DNA from: Plasmodiophora brassicae
Lineage: Eukaryota
DNA: 64,000 nt
Assembly (NCBI GenBank): GCA_036867785.1
Contig: CP145413.1
Span: 558,001-622,000, forward strand
Direction of reading: 5' to 3'
Below, in pieces: positions 24,953-37,285 of the stretch. The position numbers were made by a program, and so were the translations under genes. Under the pieces are notes generated by a model, which searched no databases, was not told the DNA's origin, and saw nothing but the letters and a program-made list of their open reading frames with translations. How positions within the stretch are numbered: the first letter of the stretch is position 1; every line of letters begins with the position of its first letter.

Positions 24953-26616
24953 ATGGCGCCGGAGCAGGTCGTGGTCGCCGCGCTGGCATGCGTCTGCGTC
25001 GTGGCGTTGCCGGCGCTGGCGTACGCGTACATGACGGTGAAGAAGACGTCGTTCGCGTTGCAGTGCCGCAGGCCGCATACGCTGATGGTGTTCGCGGTCA
25101 GCACCCTGCCCATCGTCGTTGTGCTCTCCATCGCACACGTGTACCCTTCTGCGGTCCAGCCCGTATGGGCCCTCGTGATCGTCTGGCAGGCCTCCTACAG
25201 CAATATGCTCGACTCTATCGTTGTCATCGGCTGGCACTACTGGCGTCTGTGGTCGATTCATAGGCGACTGACGCGTGTCGGTCACATCCTGCCGCCGGCG
25301 GATGGGTCGGTGACGACCGGCGCCGACGATGCAATGCGCCATGCCATGTCGGCCACAGACGCCGTCATCTACGAAGACGCTCGCTTCTCCGCATCGCATT
25401 CGCAAGTGTCGATCGCATCCGAATCCACGTTTATCGCAGTGAGCCACATGTGCACAACGGCGCCGTTGGCGGCCTTTGTCGACTTACGCCGCACCACGAC
25501 GACACTGCCGTCTGCCACGTTGCCGTCGTTCATGACGTCACCAGCGGGAATCGTCGTCTGGATCTATATGATCGCTCGTAGCGCCGTATTCCTCGTCGAA
25601 ATGGGGTTTATCCTTGTTCGTGTTCGTCAATCTGCAGACGGCTTAGGTACAGCGCTAGCGAAGGACGTCAGCCGCCGTTGGGCATTAACGTGTAACGATC
25701 AGGTATACGGCGTTCGTTGGTGAGGTGCTGCGCCATTGTCGGCGTGGCAATGACAGTGATGTCGACGTGGTTGGCATTGGCCATGCATCAGGACGCGAAC
25801 CTGAGCGTCGCGTATGGGCTGTCACTGCCCAGTCTGCTCATGGTCATCGCGTTATGGGGCGAACTGCTCCTGCATCCGGTCATCGACCATTGGCGCCAGC
25901 CACCCCCAGCTGGATCGGTGCACCCCGAATCGTCATCGAACATGATGGCGCTGTTCCACCGGTTCCTCCTGTCCGACGAAGGGTTCCACGCGCTGATGCA
26001 ATTCGCGACCCGCGAGTTCAGCACGGAGAACCTCGTGTTCATCGCCGAGGTCACCAAATTCGAACGCATGTGGGACGCCCGGGCGCCCACGTCCCGTCAA
26101 GGCCACGCTCGCCTCATCATGCAACAGTTCCTGCTGAACGACGGCGCCATGCCCGTTACCGTCCCACGAGCCGCCTTCCCGAACGGCACCGTCCTGCACC
26201 CGCACATGTTCACCGCAGCCAAGACAGAAGTCATCCACCTCGTCTTCGTCGACACGTTCTCCCGGTTCCGGGCGCATCCCGCCGGATCCAAACTCTGGAA
26301 CGAGTTCGTTGCTAGGGAGCTCGAGGTCTCCATGGTCGCCAGTCGACGATCGTCGGAATCGCGACGAAGTTCCCAGCCGGGAATCTTCGTCGCCGACTCC
26401 CGCAGGAACTCAGCAGGCCCTGGCAGCGACCGGAAAGGGTCCCTGCCAGCAACCAGCGATTCCCGTCGCAGCACCAACATCGACAGCCGCCGGAACACGC
26501 TGGCGCTTCTCGATGGCATCATCAAAGCCGGCGAGATGCGACGGAATTCGCCCAATGCCACCCCCGACCGGCGTCTGTCACCCGGCGTACACCCGGTCGA
26601 AGAGCAACAGCGTTAA
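24953..26616 (+). CDS. 7TM-RGS protein 1
   Basis: Multiple hydrophobic helices (RRP after TM1), then RGS box FLLSDEGFHALMQFATREFSTENLVFIAEV…MFTAAKTEVIHLVFVDTFSRF; alternative ATG 24821. Confidence 0.85.
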
Positions 26617-26628
26617 TAAAACGAGGTG

Positions 26629-28117
26629 TCAGACGGCGCTGTCGGGTTTAGTGAAGGAGGAGGACACCCGGCTGAGGAGCATGCCCTTCTCGTGCTGCCT
26701 GCGCAGGAAGCGATCCCACACGGCCTGATATGCCGGGTTGGCCAGGAACCGACGGAACGTATCGCCGTACATGAGTTGCAGGACCTCGTCCTTCTCTTCT
26801 TTGAACATGTGTTGACCCAAGGGGCGCTGTTCCCCGCTGGTCCAGATAACGGTCGTTACGTTCACGAGATGGTGTGCCTGCCCGCTCAGGAACGACGATC
26901 GAATCCGGGCCGCCATTGCCTGCCGAGAAGCGTCGTTACGACGGTCCCAGGTGGCCTCGAACTTTGTGACCTCGGCCCAGAACACGACGTTCTCCTGCAG
27001 GCGTCGAAGAAGTGTCAACTGTGCCCAGCAGCACGACCCGCGTCTGCTTACCGCGCTGAACTCAGAGGCGGCGAAACGAAGCACGGCATTGTACCCGTCG
27101 CTGGTCTGCAGGAACCTTTCGAACGCGGCCTGGCTCGTTGCTGCTGAGGTCTCCGTCGTATCATCCATGCCGCGCTCGTGCATTTGCTCATACACTGGGC
27201 GGATCAGGAGCTCACCACTGATCGCCAGCGTTGTTAGAATAACGGTCGCCTCGACGCTGAGTGCCGTTGCTCTTGTCGTCGTCACCATCACAATCGTCAC
27301 GATGGAACACACCACGACCATTACCAAGCAACGACGCCAGGAACGGCATATACCTGTCAGCAGATCCTTGTCAGAGTTGCCCGAAAACGTAATGGTACGC
27401 TGGACAGTGACCACCTAAGTGATCTTCGGCGTCTCGAACCATGAACATGAGCGACGATATCTCTAGGACGCAAATGCATGTTCTGGCGGCGAAAAGACAG
27501 AGCGCAGTGGTAGCGGTCGGAGATGATAGGCAATCGGGAAAAGGCAACGTTGGATCCGGATCGTTCGACACGGTCAAGTACACGACGACAGGGACGGAGG
27601 TGGTCATCTGACCGATGACGAAAAATGCGATTTCAGCCTTGGCTGAATTAGTAAAACAGGAACGGGAGATGAACAGGGCATTGGCAGAGTACGTGCTTGA
27701 TGCGGAGGGACCAGCTTGCGTTAACTGAACGCCTGGTTGCGATAGACGCTTGTTATAGTCTACAGAGGAACGCGAACGTTCCGCGTCGATCTTGAAGTCG
27801 GAGAGAAGTTGGTTGACGCGCCACAGAAACAAATAGTTCCAGTTGGCAAACACCATGGCATCCATTGCCAGTGTCAGGGCTTCGTAGACGACAGATATGA
27901 CCAACCAGCACGGCGTATCTCTCCAGACTTCCGTATAGCACAGGGCAAGAGGTATGGCGGTAACGGCAGTGACGAACATGATCACAGTTCCCGGACGACG
28001 AGCCGAAATCAGAAGCGACCTCGCCCGCTGTCTCCAATACAGTGCAATGGCAACCGTCGTAGACGCAGCATAGATGCAGCCGACAGCGACGAAGGCCACC
28101 TGCCGTTCATCTAGCAT
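26629..28117 (-). CDS. 7TM-RGS protein 2
   Basis: TM helices (ISARRPG…, PCWLV), then RGS box FLQTSDGYNAVLRFAASEFSA/ENVVFWAEVTKFE…EVLQLMYGDTFRRF; 2 introns. Confidence 0.85.
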
Positions 28118-28240
28118 GGCCGAAGGAGTAATTATAAGGATAGCGACCGGTAATGATGATGCGTACCCAAGGGTCTCCGTCTCACGAGTTGGTACGGTGA
28201 AGCGATCGACCTCCGGGACAGTTGGCCGTAGACGTCGTGG

Positions 28241-29899
28241 ATGTTGGATCCGAACCTATGGATCCTGATGCTGGTCAGCATCGTCCTCGACCTGTTCTTC
28301 TACCCGAGGCGCATGTCCCAATTTCTGGACCAGCAGACCCTGGCCATGATCCGGGCCCGGCACCCATACGAGCTCGTCGCCTCACAGTTCGCCCTGCACG
28401 TCGTGCCGCAGTTCTGGCTGCTGAGCCAACTCGCACGATCGTGCACCACGCAGATCCTGTTCGTGGGCGTATCCGTCCCGGTCGCCATCGACCTCTTCGG
28501 GTACCGCGTCATCAACCTGTTCTTCACCGACCGAATCAACCAGGCGAAAATGGCCGAAGCCCTGCAGCGGGCCGCGGAGTTTAAGCGTCGCAAAATCGCC
28601 AAAGCAGTACGCAGCGGCCAGGTCGTGTCCGTGACCGACACGGACACAGCGGAACCCGCCACGCTGACCATGTCGGAACAATGGTACCTGCGCCATCAAT
28701 GGCTGCAGTCCACCGCCGCTCGTGCCACCGTTCTCGCTGGCCACGTCATCCTCCACGTCATCATCATCTGCGCTGACCTATCGACGAGTGTGAGTTGCAC
28801 GTTGACGACCACTGTGTACGCTCTGCTAGCTTGTACGTCCAGCACCTTGTCCTATGTCATTGTCGTTTGATGAGCATGGGTCCGGCAGGGTTCATTGTGA
28901 TAAACATCGGCTTGGTCGTTGTCCTGGTCCTGCTCAAGGGTTCCCCTCGAGAGCCTCTGGCAATGAAGGTGTACGCCGATTTACCAGTGTTACTGCAAAG
29001 ACTGAAGTGGATCAAAGTGGGATTTGCTCTACGAAAGTTTGATCTACATCGGCTTCGTCCTGCTCTATGCTCTGTTCCAGGGCGTTCAGCCCCTGCGACA
29101 GTTCGGTACGCAGATTGCCAGTTGGTCGTGCTCGTCTCCACCGACTCAGCTGTACAACGTCCAGATGAATCGACCTTCCCGCTACGTGCGACAGTGCTCT
29201 GGGTCCTGTCGCACGCGGTGACATACGTCGCCATCCTGCGACCGCTTCGACACTCCAATGATATCGCTCGAATGCATTTCCGACTGGAGGCCCTGATGCG
29301 CAGTCCTGCGGGTCGTGAAGCGTTTGGCCGGTTCCTGGAACGTGAGTTCTGCACCGAGCTGATGGAATTCTGCGTCGGCGTCGCCAAGTTCGTCGAAAAT
29401 TGCAACAATCGCGAGATCATGGCGAACCAGGCCGCCTCCGTCACCAGGTCGTTCTTCGCCGATGGCGGAACCGCCGTTGCACCGCTGGACGAGAAACGAA
29501 TCGCCGAGATGACCGAAGAGGCCACACAAATGTAATGCCCACCCTCTCGTCGTCACAGTCGCGTTCTTATAGCGGTTCCTTTCCAGATACGAAACGTACA
29601 TCGATGAAGGGTCTCCTCGGGAGATTAACGTTTCCGGCGAGGTTCGCGCCAAGCTGACAAGAGTTTTAAAGGGGACAGAGCACAATGAGGCCGTTACGCA
29701 TCGAGAAGCGACAGTGGTCAACGTGGTCCCAGGGTCAAATCCCACGCCCGTGTCGAAACAGTCGTCGAGCACGGTCCACAAAAACATGTTCGAGGACGCC
29801 AGGCGCGAAGTACTGTCCATACTCGACATGGGGCCGTTAACTCGGTTCGTGATCCTCCCTGAGAACGGGAAACTCCTCAAGGACCTCGACCTAGGGTGA
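28241..29899 (+). CDS. 7TM-RGS protein 3
   Basis: TM helices (IRARHP…), then RGS box LMRSPAGREAFGRFLEREFCTELMEF…INVSGEVR…MFEDARREVLSIL..GPLTRF; several introns. Confidence 0.8.
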
Positions 29900-30045
29900 A
29901 ATATCCGTGTCGACAGGTAGAATTAAACATAGGATAGCCAAAGGCGCCTCCTGGAGGAACTCTGACTTTCTGCCGTCCTGGGTTGGCCCATGGGGCGCAG
30001 CAAATTAATGCTGCAAGGCACAGCAGGTCTTCAGGTTGAAAGGCG

Positions 30046-30516
30046 ATGGATCGACCGTCGAGCAGTGACTATGGCGAGGACTCCGACTGGACGTCGGCGT
30101 CATCAGGTGACGTCTGTCACGACTGGATCGCCTCTGCAACTGTTCGGGTCCGCAGCCGCTGCCGCTTGGGGCGGACGTCGAGGTCGCCGGTTTCAGTCAT
30201 GGAGACACTTCTCAACGAGCACCCTGACGTCGTCCGTTCCTTAATTGCCAACGTCCACAAGCAGGGCGCGAACGTGCCGAACCGGAAGTCACCAGTACCG
30301 CCTGAAGAGGTGAGCGTGGTCGACCCTGTCCCCGTGGTGTTTGAAAGGCTCCGAGCCGACAACCTGACCAGACGATTGCAACGCGCGCTCAATGCGCTCG
30401 ATACGGATCGTCCCGTGCGCCGTCCACCGCCTCGGAACTATATTCTTGACAAGGTCGCATTGCTCAGCGACAGCAGTGCCACGGCTGTCGACCATAAATG
30501 GTATAGCCAACTTTAG
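30046..30516 (+). CDS. Hypothetical protein
   Basis: 156-aa ATG-initiated ORF in an intergenic-sized slot; no family recognised. Confidence 0.4.
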   Translation: MDRPSSSDYGEDSDWTSASSGDVCHDWIASATVRVRSRCRLGRTSRSPVSVMETLLNEHPDVVRSLIANVHKQGANVPNRKSPVPPEEVSVVDPVPVVFERLRADNLTRRLQRALNALDTDRPVRRPPPRNYILDKVALLSDSSATAVDHKWYSQL

Positions 30517-31016
30517 GGCCTACGATAGGACCCGTGCGACGGGACCGACCTTGTCGATGGCACCCAGGACTGGTCAATCATAGGTATTCGGGGAAATTAC
30601 CCAGTGTGGAATTGATCAAGGATCTGAGGGACGGAAACGTCTCTATTCAGCGGACGGTATTATCTGCCTGCGTATGCACCAGAACGACCGCTGCAAAGGT
30701 TGCCGTGGCGCCGGCATCTGCCAGCACGGCCGACGGAAGCGCAGCCGCAAGGAATACAACGGCAGACAGGCACCGACCGGCGCCGGCATGATAGCCGTCG
30801 AAGCGTCCTGGTCCAGATGAACGTGTCATCGTACAGTGACGACGGTACGTACTGGCCACACTGCCATCCCTCCGATGATCAAGGAACCGGCGGGCGTGCG
30901 TTTTTTTGGGGGGGCGGAAAGGGGGCCTTTGACCAATCGTTGAATGCGCCGGGTGTCTCTCGGGGGCAGGTAATGAATCCCGACCCGAGGGTGGTCATTT
31001 TTGCGTGCCCCGCCGA

Positions 31017-32519
31017 ATGATGGTTTCGGCAGCGCTGCTGCAGCGTTGCCGGCGCCCGTCTGCACTGGTACGATGCATGCAGGCGTCGGCGACGACGGTG
31101 ACGGCCGACGTGTCCAACTTCCGGACGCTGCGGGAGAGTAACCTGACGTATGTGGATAAGACGGGCGAGATCGACGACCTGCTGTCGTTCGATCGCAGTT
31201 TCGTCCTGTGCCGCCCGCCCCGGTTCGGGAAGACCGTCATGCTGACGTTGCTGAAGGAGCTGTTCGAGGGCAACCGCCAGCTGTTTGACGGGACAGTCGG
31301 ACCTCGCCTGGCCATTGCGGATGCGCCATGGGATTGGGACGACGAACAGCATACGGTACCATCGTCACGGCCGGCCCATTCCGCAATGGCGCTCATTTTC
31401 TGTTCAGGTCCTTCATTTCGATTTGAAGCACCTGGCCAACGCGAAGTCGTTTCGTGCGAACCTGTTCGCAGCCATGGACGCCAAGGCAACCGCGCTCGGG
31501 CGTAAATTACCGGAAACGACTTCGTTAAAGAGCAAGACCAGGGACTTGATTCAAGCGGCCGCTGATCATTCCCCTAGTCAACAGTGCGTTGTCCTCGTGG
31601 ACAACTATGACGTATGTTCGTGATCGTTGCTGGCTGGGATGTTCACAATCTTGTTCTGCTCAGAGCCCTCTGAGAGTGAACGACCTGGCCATCAGCGACA
31701 CTGACGACAAAATCTTGCCTATGAACCACCGTGTCGTCGACGACTGGCTCGATGGCATTCGCGCCGAGCAGGCCTGCGTTCGTTTCCAGATGTTCGTCGG
31801 CGTCTACAAAGTGGAATCGACGGCAGTATCGATCGCCAACGACATCTCGTTGGCGACGCAGTGCTCTACGCTCTGCGGGTACACGCGGCAAGACATTGAG
31901 ACCGCGTTCCCGCTGGAGCTGGACCATTTAGTCGCCCTCAATCAGGCATCATCGAGGTCTGCGCCTTGTCCAGGATGCAACGTCAATTCTGAGTCAGTCG
32001 TCGTGTTCCAGAGATACGCTGCTCGACAGGATCGGAGCCTGGTACGGGGGATACTCATGGGGCCAGACGGCGGCCTCTGACCGGATCCACAACCCGTTCA
32101 GCGTGAACCGCCTGATGATGGAAAGCGCCTTCGAGCCGTACTGGTCACAGGAGACGGCCGTTTCGCCGTCCCTGGTCCACATGTTGCACGACGTTGACCT
32201 GCGGGACATGCTTTCGTCACTGTTCGTATTGCCCGAGGTCTTCAACAACGAACTGCCCAAGTTCACCTCCAAACGCGATGTCCTAACCGACCGGCTGCGC
32301 ATGAAACTTCTGCAACTTGGGCTGCTGACCGTCGAGGAGACCGAGTACACGGTCCAAACTCTGCAACGCGTCGCAAGGTACGCCCTTCGCAATGCCTGGC
32401 GACGTCCTGTAATGCTAATCGGTCATTGTAGGCTTGGCGTCCCAAACAAAGACGTCGAGCAAATTCTTCGGATACCTCCGGTGGTCGCCGAGAAATCGCA
32501 GGCAGGGATCCATCCTTGA
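31017..32519 (+). CDS. Bacterial-type 'AAA-ATPase-like' (PF09820-type) protein with presequence-like N-terminus
   Basis: FRTLRESNLTYVDKT…LCRPPRFGKT (family motif RPRRFGKS), VLVDNYD, WYGGYSW, HNPFSV, YWSQET, LLQLGLLT, LGVPNKDV; 4 introns. Confidence 0.85.
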
Positions 32520-32614
32520 CAACGGTATAGATCGCCTTCGCTGAACAGTTCGCTAAAGGCTGCGTTTTATAAACAGCACTGCCTGGCATGATTCGTATGT
32601 GGGCACAACGCCCG

Positions 32615-33649
32615 TCATTGAGTGACGCTCGGTTCGCCAGGAACAGAAACGGCATCCAGTTTACGGCCGACGACCTCAAGGTCGGGGCACTCGACCGCAG
32701 CCTCGCCATCATCTTCGTGATCGTCTTCATCGTCGTCGCCCTGGGCAGGTATACCAAACGCTTCGCCGCTGCGTTCGCCAAACAAATCGTCGTCATCATC
32801 ATCCTTGGTGTCGCCTTCGTCACTGGACTGTCCCTCCGCCCTCGCCTTCTGCCTGTACTCGTTGATCATGGCGTCGAAATCGTCGAGGCGGCGCAGGTCC
32901 GCCTCATTGCGCTCTTGGTTCAACCGGGTGCGCTCCTTTCGTTCTGCTTCGATACCGCCCGAAGCCCAGGCTTTCGCACACAGCCGTTCGTCAGGGAACA
33001 CGGGCCGGTCGTCCAGATACGCGAGGTTCTTGAGCCGGGTGATGACTGTCTTACGGTACGATGGGATTGAGGTGACCAGAGCGTTGCCCTTCAGATACAG
33101 GACCTTCAGTTCGGGAAGCTGTTCGAGCACGTGCAGGACGCCTTCACCATCGTGCAACAGGTTGTTCGACAAGTCGACGACGCTGAGTGTTGCAGCGCAG
33201 TCAACAAGGGCGCCCATGTCATCCACTTCTTTGATCTTGTTGTTGGCCAGCATTAGCGTTCGAAGGTGCGATAGTGTCGATATGCCTACCAATCGACGTT
33301 ATACGTGTCGAGCTACGCACGCGCGAAGCGACCGACCTGCAATGCGGCTGATCATGTTATTGTTCAGGTTGATCGTGTCCAGATTGACAAGCGAGTCCAA
33401 ATTCTCCATAACGCTAATACAGTTTTCCTGGAGGTACAAGCATCGCAACTCGACCAGCGCATCCAATCCTTCGATGCACGCGAACCCGTTGCCCTCCAAC
33501 CACAACGCGCGCAGGCCGACGTACTCCTCCAGGTTCTCAATCCGCTGGAACCCTTTGTAGTGCAGGTACAACTTGTCGTTCACCTCAGGCGTCGTATACA
33601 GCTTCAGATCGCGGCAGATCTTCCGCAGTGCCTCCTTCGTCATCTCCAT
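32615..33649 (-). CDS. DNAAF1: Dynein axonemal assembly factor 1 (LRRC50/ODA7)
   Basis: [41 protein letters not shown]; LRRs; YRKTVI…[20 protein letters not shown]. Confidence 0.93.
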
Positions 33650-33911
33650 GGTGCCCAGCTCTGGCCTCCAACAACGAGTCGACGGGTGGCCGCGCTGTTC
33701 CTCACCTCGTTAGGTGCCCTGTGCAGCCCCGCAGGCCGCATCATGGCGTACAGGACTCGCGGCAGTGCAGTCGCGCATAAACTACCTACCCAACGGGGCG
33801 GAAGAGACAGGCCGGGACGTTCCTGGCAACGGCGGCTGCCTATGTAGCCAGGCAAAAGTTCGCAGCTCGCCCAAGCGACGTGTAGGTGGCCCCGGACTTT
33901 GGTGGACGACG

Positions 33912-34849
33912 ATGGCGTCGGGTGCGATGCGCGGCGCGGCGACCGGGTGGTGGAGGCGCCACGTGCGATCGCTGTTCATTCAGGTTGCCACGACGCCGAA
34001 CCCGTCCAGCCTGAAGTTCATGCCGGGGTCGGTGCGCATCCGGGCGGCTTTGGGCCGCTGCTGACGGGAGGCGTCTACAGGCGCTCGTTGCTGTCGAATG
34101 GAATGACTGCCGATTTCTCCAATCTGAGATCCGCGCAGGCGTCGCCGCTGGCGAGAGCGCTGTTCCAGCACCCTGATGTCCGGAACGTGCTGATTGCCAG
34201 CGATTTCATTGCTGTGACGATCGGCGATGCAGAAAGCTGGCCGCGGATGAAACCCGAGATTTTCGCCGCTCTCGAGGATTTCTTCGCGTCCGGCCAGCCC
34301 ATCATCTCCGATGCCAACTCGTCATCTGCGCCCAACAAGGGTAGGAACCGTTGCCGGGAGGGATCACGGCGTCCCTGGTTAACGCGCCGCCTCTGCTAGA
34401 CACAACGATTCTCGATACGGATAGTGACACTGTTGCGATGATCAAGGAGCTCATCGAGACCGTCAGGCAATGCTGTCAGCAGGTGGTTCGAAATCTGATT
34501 ATCGTGCTCCGCAGCGGATTCGGCCGTATATCCAGGAAGACGGTGGCGATGTGGTCTACAGAGGCTTCGTTGATGGTGCGTGTCATTGTAATACGTCTGT
34601 CATCGGTTACCCATAACGCACGCAGGCATTGTTCATCTTCAACTGCAAGGCTCATGCGTTGGGTGCCCGAGCTCGACGGTCACGCTGAAGAACGGCATCG
34701 AGGGCATGCTGATGCATTACTGTCCGGAAGTCAAAGGAGTCACCGAATTCGTCGACGAGCCGCTCGAGGCTGCCAACCGCGAGCAACTGTCGAAGCTGGA
34801 AGCCGAACTGGCTGCCAAGAACTCCACGAATCAGGGCAACTCATCGTAA
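33912..34849 (+). CDS. NFU1: Mitochondrial Fe-S scaffold NFU1
   Basis: [46 protein letters not shown] (CxxC); 4 introns. Confidence 0.95.
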
Positions 34850-35059
34850 TGAACGCACCTATCAGTCACGGTTCAGGCGCTGAGCCATCCCCCTGTTGAC
34901 GCGTGGAATGTTCTCGGGCCCGCGCTCGCGGGAGGTCTGGGCCCCCAAACGCTGACGGAGCGTTTTACCGAGCCGACTCCCGTTCCGTGCAGGGTTGGGG
35001 GGTCGGTGCGAGCGTGCGGGCATTCATAAGTTTTACTGCAGGCTGTTGCCGATCAACGC

Positions 35060-35713
35060 ATGTCGCGTATTGCTGCCGAGTCTCGCGTCGTGCCCGAGGC
35101 GCACCCACCTCGGCGGCCCGACAAGATCCAGACCACGGAGGTCGACCTTCTCCCGGCCGGGTTCGCCGTCGACCACTACGGTGTCCTGAAGCGCCACGAC
35201 AACCAGGAAGTGTTCGACGAGACGCGAAGCCGTGTCATCCCTCGCTTTCTTGTGAATAAGAAGATCGCTGAAGGCGAATTGCGCCTGGAGCGCCACACGG
35301 GAGCTGGGACGAGAGCGGCCACTGTCAGAGCACCACCGAAGAAGGGCGGACACGGCGGGCGCTGGACGTGGGAAGGGCAGTACACGTTGACCGAGCAGGA
35401 GGACTGCCCAGCAGCTCTGGACAAGAACGATCCGAATTTCGTGGCGGAAGACGACCTCAAAACGGCGGCGCCAATCAACTCGGAGGGCCAGCCCCTGCCG
35501 TTGGATAGCTATTCTGCATTGGGGATCTCGCCTCCGGAAGGTGAACTTGCAGAGGCTGGAGAGCAGGGCATCGGGGAAGAGGGTTCAGACGAATTTGAGC
35601 CCGAAGGCGAAGGCGAGCGCGAAGGGGCCCAAGGTGACAAGGCGATGTCCTCGAAATCAAAGTCTTCCTCTGTGGACACCACGCAGGAAGCACCCGGCGT
35701 CCTTGCAAAGTGA
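35060..35713 (+). CDS. Protein with PDCD4-like ribosome-binding motif and acidic tail, no MA3 domain
   Basis: 217-aa intronless ORF; PKKGGHGGRWTW…ALDKNDPNF resembles PDCD4 PKKGGAGGKGVWG…DVKDPNY. Confidence 0.6.
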   Translation: MSRIAAESRVVPEAHPPRRPDKIQTTEVDLLPAGFAVDHYGVLKRHDNQEVFDETRSRVIPRFLVNKKIAEGELRLERHTGAGTRAATVRAPPKKGGHGGRWTWEGQYTLTEQEDCPAALDKNDPNFVAEDDLKTAAPINSEGQPLPLDSYSALGISPPEGELAEAGEQGIGEEGSDEFEPEGEGEREGAQGDKAMSSKSKSSSVDTTQEAPGVLAK

Positions 35714-36083
35714 ACATTCCTGGGCCACCGGTCCCGGCATTCGCTGATCACTATAAATCATAAACTCTTCTTCACTGCCCAGCTGACAACTGTAGGTGCC
35801 TTGCACATGACGGCTACAAAGAAGAGACGCCGCTTCGGAACCTGTCTCTACTTGTGGAGGGTCTGCTGCTCCACCGCCCTGGATTCGGACGTCAATGCGG
35901 GTGAAAACGAAACAGGGACGGTGCTGCACTGCACGCGACCGCCTCCAATGGGGATACCTCTGTCGTACAGCTGATGCTGGATGCGTCCGGGGTCGACATC
36001 ATCGCCCGCAGCTGGCTGGTGAGAAGCACACGGCCGCAGAATTCGCTCGCCAGTTACCCTAGCGCGCCCAGGCTCCTGGGCCA

Positions 36084-36101
36084 GTGTGTGTGTGTGTGTG
36101 T
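36084..36101. repeat. (GT)n microsatellite
   Basis: gtgtgtgtgtgtgtgtgt. Confidence 0.8.
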
Positions 36102-36383
36102 AGAGGGAGGTCGTCCTGATGTACGCGCTTCTACCGCGTCGAAATGTCATTCGTGGTGTGGAAAACCTCAAGTCTAGAGGTACCTATATTACCTACGCAG
36201 GCAGTGGGGTCTCTGCCCGCCCTTACGAGACGTCCGCCGGTGCTAAATTCGGGCGTGGCACTGGCAGGGCCAGGGTGGCAAAAGTTCCCCGATGATGATC
36301 CGTACGGCATCCGAGCGGCCAGTTTGCTGTTTGCACACGTCGGCTGTTGCTGGACGAGTAGTTGTCTTGCCGGTTGCTACCTG

Positions 36384-36803
36384 ATGACGATGGTGGGCCC
36401 TGACCTCGGGGGGAGGGCGACCTTGCTGCTGGGCCTATGCTGACAGATGCAATCGCGTAGGCGGATTTCGAGGCGGCTGCAGCCAAGGCGAAGACGTTCA
36501 CCTCTCTGTCCAACGAGCAGATGTTGGATCTGTACAAGCACTACAAGCAGGCGACTGTCGGCGACTGTAACACCGGTATGCCCAACGATCGCCCGCGCAT
36601 ATGCGCCATCTGATATGGCATCCAGATCGCCCAGGAATGTTCGACATGAAGGGTCGTGCCAAGTGGGATGCCTGTACTCGTCCGCGTGCGATCGTATCCG
36701 TCGCTGCCCACTCAATCGCACATGCCCTGCAGGGAACTCGGTCAAGGGCATGCCGCAGGAGGAAGCCAAAACGAAATACATCGCCGTCGTCAACAGCCTG
36801 TAG
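36384..36803 (+). CDS. ACBP: Acyl-CoA-binding protein
   Basis: ADFEAAA…LYKHYKQATVGDCN/DRPGMFDMKGRAKWDAW/NSVKGMPQEEAKTKYI; start exon approximate. Confidence 0.92.
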
Positions 36804-36937
36804 ACGTCCCGCGGACCCGGCTCACCCATTCCTTCCATCCAATACAACGTCGCGTGTCGTATCAGAACTTAACGCCCGTGTGTACGAGTGCAGCAGATAC
36901 ATCGTTCTCTCTATCAACGTGTCGAAATGTATCTTTA

Positions 36938-37285
36938 GAGCATCTCCACCGGTGATCCATATCCATATCTTTAACCGCGCAATTTATGGATTCCAGATTT
37001 GGTGAAAGGTAGGGGTTTCCCCAGCGGTGGCCGGGACACCAGTCAGTCTTTAAACGGGAGGGGTTGTCCGACGCCGGCGCGCAGTCCGTGGTGCGCTGTT
37101 CGCGGCGCGCTGTCCGCCATTTTGCTGTCCTCAAATCCGTTCCAGATCTGTTCAAATCTGCGACGGATTTAATGACGATCCATATCCGTTTATAGATATG
37201 GACAACGAGTGGGGTACAGATTCTCTATCATTATCATTAAATTTGCGGATATATATATGGATATGGATCACCGGTGGAGATGCTC
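36938..37285. mobile_element. Non-autonomous PIF/Harbinger (Tourist-like) MITE, 348 bp
   Basis: Perfect 31-bp TIR GAGCATCTCCACCGGTGATCCATATCCATAT at both ends; TTA duplicated at 36935-36937 and 37286-37288; no internal coding signal. Confidence 0.92.

Noticed and set aside
30534-30980. Possible small gene between the 30046 ORF and the ATPase
   Set aside because: No consistent spliced frame or recognisable motif could be built
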